This document shows, piece by piece, positions 34,901-35,921 of a stretch of DNA of 35,921 nucleotides. The stretch comes from a virus. Lineage: Duplodnaviria > Caudoviricetes. The notes under the pieces were generated by a model. It worked only from the letters and a program-made list of their open reading frames with translations, made no database searches and was not told the DNA's origin. The stretch is taken from positions 1 through 35,921 of IMG/VR virus record IMGVR_UViG_3300044475_000166. The stretch is one strand, 5' to 3'. How positions within the stretch are numbered: position 1 is the stretch's first letter; every line of letters starts with the position of its first letter. The translations under genes were made by a program, and so were the position numbers.

Positions 34901-35853
34901 CGGATGAAGCAACTGCGGGGGTTAATTCAGTTGCGGAAGCATTTTCTGTATTCGGAATGGAAACGCCTGAACAGTTAAAGGTGGTTGCAGCTAAATACAA
35001 AGAGGCTTTTGAAACACTTAAAAGTAGCGGATCAGCAACTTTAAATCAGCAGCAAGAAGCGTTTAAGCAATATGCTGAAAAAGCGATAGCTGCTAATAAA
35101 GGGGTTGCTGACAGTACGATACTTTCACAAGCTAGAATGCTGGATATGAAAGTTGAAGTGGATTCAACAGGTAAGGCTTCTGTCTCTGCGATGAATGACC
35201 TTACTTCGGCGAATGAGCGCGTTGGAGACTCCGCCCGATCAGCGATCAGTGGATACCGTGAACTGGGTGATGCTGCAAGACAGGAAGCCCAAAGTTCAAT
35301 CGAAGCATGGAACGAGATGATGGATGCTCGATCTAAAGCTGAGAAGGAGAATAAGACTCAACGTGTAGGTGCTGATTTCACTACTTACAATGTGATGGAT
35401 ATTCAATCTAAGCTATCTGGTATGGGGTATGACGAAGCCGAAGCCGCCAAGATTGCCAAAAACATTCTTAATCAAGGTTTGGAAATTGATAAGAATAAGG
35501 CAATGGATGCACGTGCACGTGGTGATGAATACACAGCCAAGGCATTTGAGAAGTTGTTGAGCAATGGTCAAACCTCTGCATTCGGTACCAAGAAAGTTGA
35601 GGAGTTGCTGGCTCGGTATATGGCAGGTCAAGGATCCGCAAAGTCTGGAACCAAGAGTACATCAGTAAATGCTTTGGCACCTGAAGTTAATGTGGCGGTA
35701 CCTACGGCTACTGTTGAGCAAGCCAAGGAGAGAGTTGTGCAGAACAATATCACCATCAATGGTAGAACCATTAGCGTACCAGTCACTGAAAGCAACCAAG
35801 GAAATTTTGATGAATTTCTTAGTGAGCTTGAGCAACTAAAACGAGCGATGTGA
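31966..35853 (+). CDS. Tape measure protein
   Basis: 1295 aa, Ala-rich and helical. Tape-measure motif QLNQALGAGVLRGEEYASVLEQAPRLA. Confidence 0.95.
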   Translation: MSGKNLTFKLVMDADTKDYVSNTKQAQDVTVKVFDTIKSEAQKVKVTELVQGLHEATKEITDLGDKSTISGTKIREMSMQSQQMVASLNNELVEAQAELVRLSQSKASPTDISNAINRVADLKSSIQDVQAAFGSYQSVATNAMTGLDKATSEVIAELQRFTTVDLTEITTEVQNVTRAIESMGDGAVISTKEVGRISTVGAAAIDALERELLSARNAWQALIDAGDNVTLEELNATKERVTSLERALSLADNSMSEFRAVTQQAVPIVDSLDHALEGTNQELAETGTTSEAVAHNIEGLKTGFTALTGALAALGIGVTAQEMAQTTDNYKNLIATLKIAVGEYGNLEQALDDVIAVAIRTNSNLEATANLYAKLLKAGKEFKFTQKDALQLTEVINMAIQVSGTSAESAEAALFQLNQALGAGVLRGEEYASVLEQAPRLAEAIADGLGVTIGKLKEFADNGKLTTDVVTKALLSQTRTISAEFEKFPLTIGKSTENLKTSWMVYLGELDRTHGISQRVAEAIKYIAENLDQLVSTLTFAAQAFIAYKALGMAAVFLDKANSVRAASLAVQQETVAVVANTQAQLANANAARANAVAHTGIKASVETALPTFSRMSSGLTGVISRFGAYGAAAAAVIVTGSMVKDVFVDTGEAIGELVAKGWLLINGNKTLEQSEKELAAQEEASKKKAEEAAEAHKRKAAATELAKNAALGLNEASKLMVDEFDKQVKAGESVVNVLENIAKSFNFDTTTGINNGITALIALQTQGKATGEQIQAALSGILKDEDLVAFQGKLAAIPVNIEKQIEATNAKVKAKQLELDNWKKANQDMEYQAWLKSVAKYQDDITKLQAEASSLHVQYANSVKSAAMVQGAVLDEAIRRTGLSYEELKGESTEAFTKANNDVRILVQNLGGLESEGVDVSRALGASISNAIDTSTNQQEIEELKKRIESLRSKLGEKVADGLLRQAEQQLIDLKKRTDEATAGVNSVAEAFSVFGMETPEQLKVVAAKYKEAFETLKSSGSATLNQQQEAFKQYAEKAIAANKGVADSTILSQARMLDMKVEVDSTGKASVSAMNDLTSANERVGDSARSAISGYRELGDAARQEAQSSIEAWNEMMDARSKAEKENKTQRVGADFTTYNVMDIQSKLSGMGYDEAEAAKIAKNILNQGLEIDKNKAMDARARGDEYTAKAFEKLLSNGQTSAFGTKKVEELLARYMAGQGSAKSGTKSTSVNALAPEVNVAVPTATVEQAKERVVQNNITINGRTISVPVTESNQGNFDEFLSELEQLKRAM

Positions 35854-35858
35854 GTGTT

Positions 35859-35921
35859 ATGAAACTAATACGTAAATCAACCAATGAGACCGTCCCATTA
35901 GAGGACGGTTTTTTATGGTCG
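35859..35921 (+). CDS. Next tail gene, N-terminus only (MKLIRKSTNETVPLEDGFLWS)
   Basis: Open frame 5 bp after the tape measure stop, running off the window. Confidence 0.65.
   Translation, partial: MKLIRKSTNETVPLEDGFLWS

Larger units (their letters stand above)
2160..35921. mobile_element. Temperate lambdoid siphoprophage (left end ~2160-2180, continues past the right edge)
   Basis: Ordered xis, recombination, immunity, replication, Q, packaging, head and tail modules. The exact att core cannot be fixed without the other end. Confidence 0.95.

Noticed and set aside
18307-35680. Numerous short minus-strand ORFs within structural genes
   Set aside because: Antisense shadows of well-supported + strand genes.
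35889-35916. ACCGTCC-CATTAGA-GGACGGT-TTTTT hairpin as the end of the late operon
   Set aside because: It lies inside the next tail ORF at the window edge. It could be an attenuator but cannot be evaluated here.

Overview
The window holds the left ~34 kb of a temperate lambdoid siphoprophage. The host is probably Acinetobacter, inferred from gene content and sequence style. The host flank (1-2179) carries the 3' part of malate synthase G, a membrane protein and an SRAP/YedK gene that appears cut short at the prophage junction. The prophage then runs through these modules: excisionase and PL early operon (HNH-like, ERF recombinase); a ~4 kb accessory block between PL and cI (two KTSC-like genes, a lipoprotein, a relic of an older repressor 3' end, and a HipA-like kinase with a DUF3037-like partner directly behind cI); cI/cro/cII; replication initiator with iterons; Q-like gene and pR'; an AT-rich array of terminator-bounded cargo genes; terminase; Mu-like portal and MuF (with an apparently dead ADP-ribosyltransferase-like C-terminus); protease/scaffold; lambda D/E-like head; tail genes; a Panacea antitoxin plus membrane protein island; and the tape measure. 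No integrase or lysis gene is in the window. All family calls come from motif recognition by eye, not database searches.
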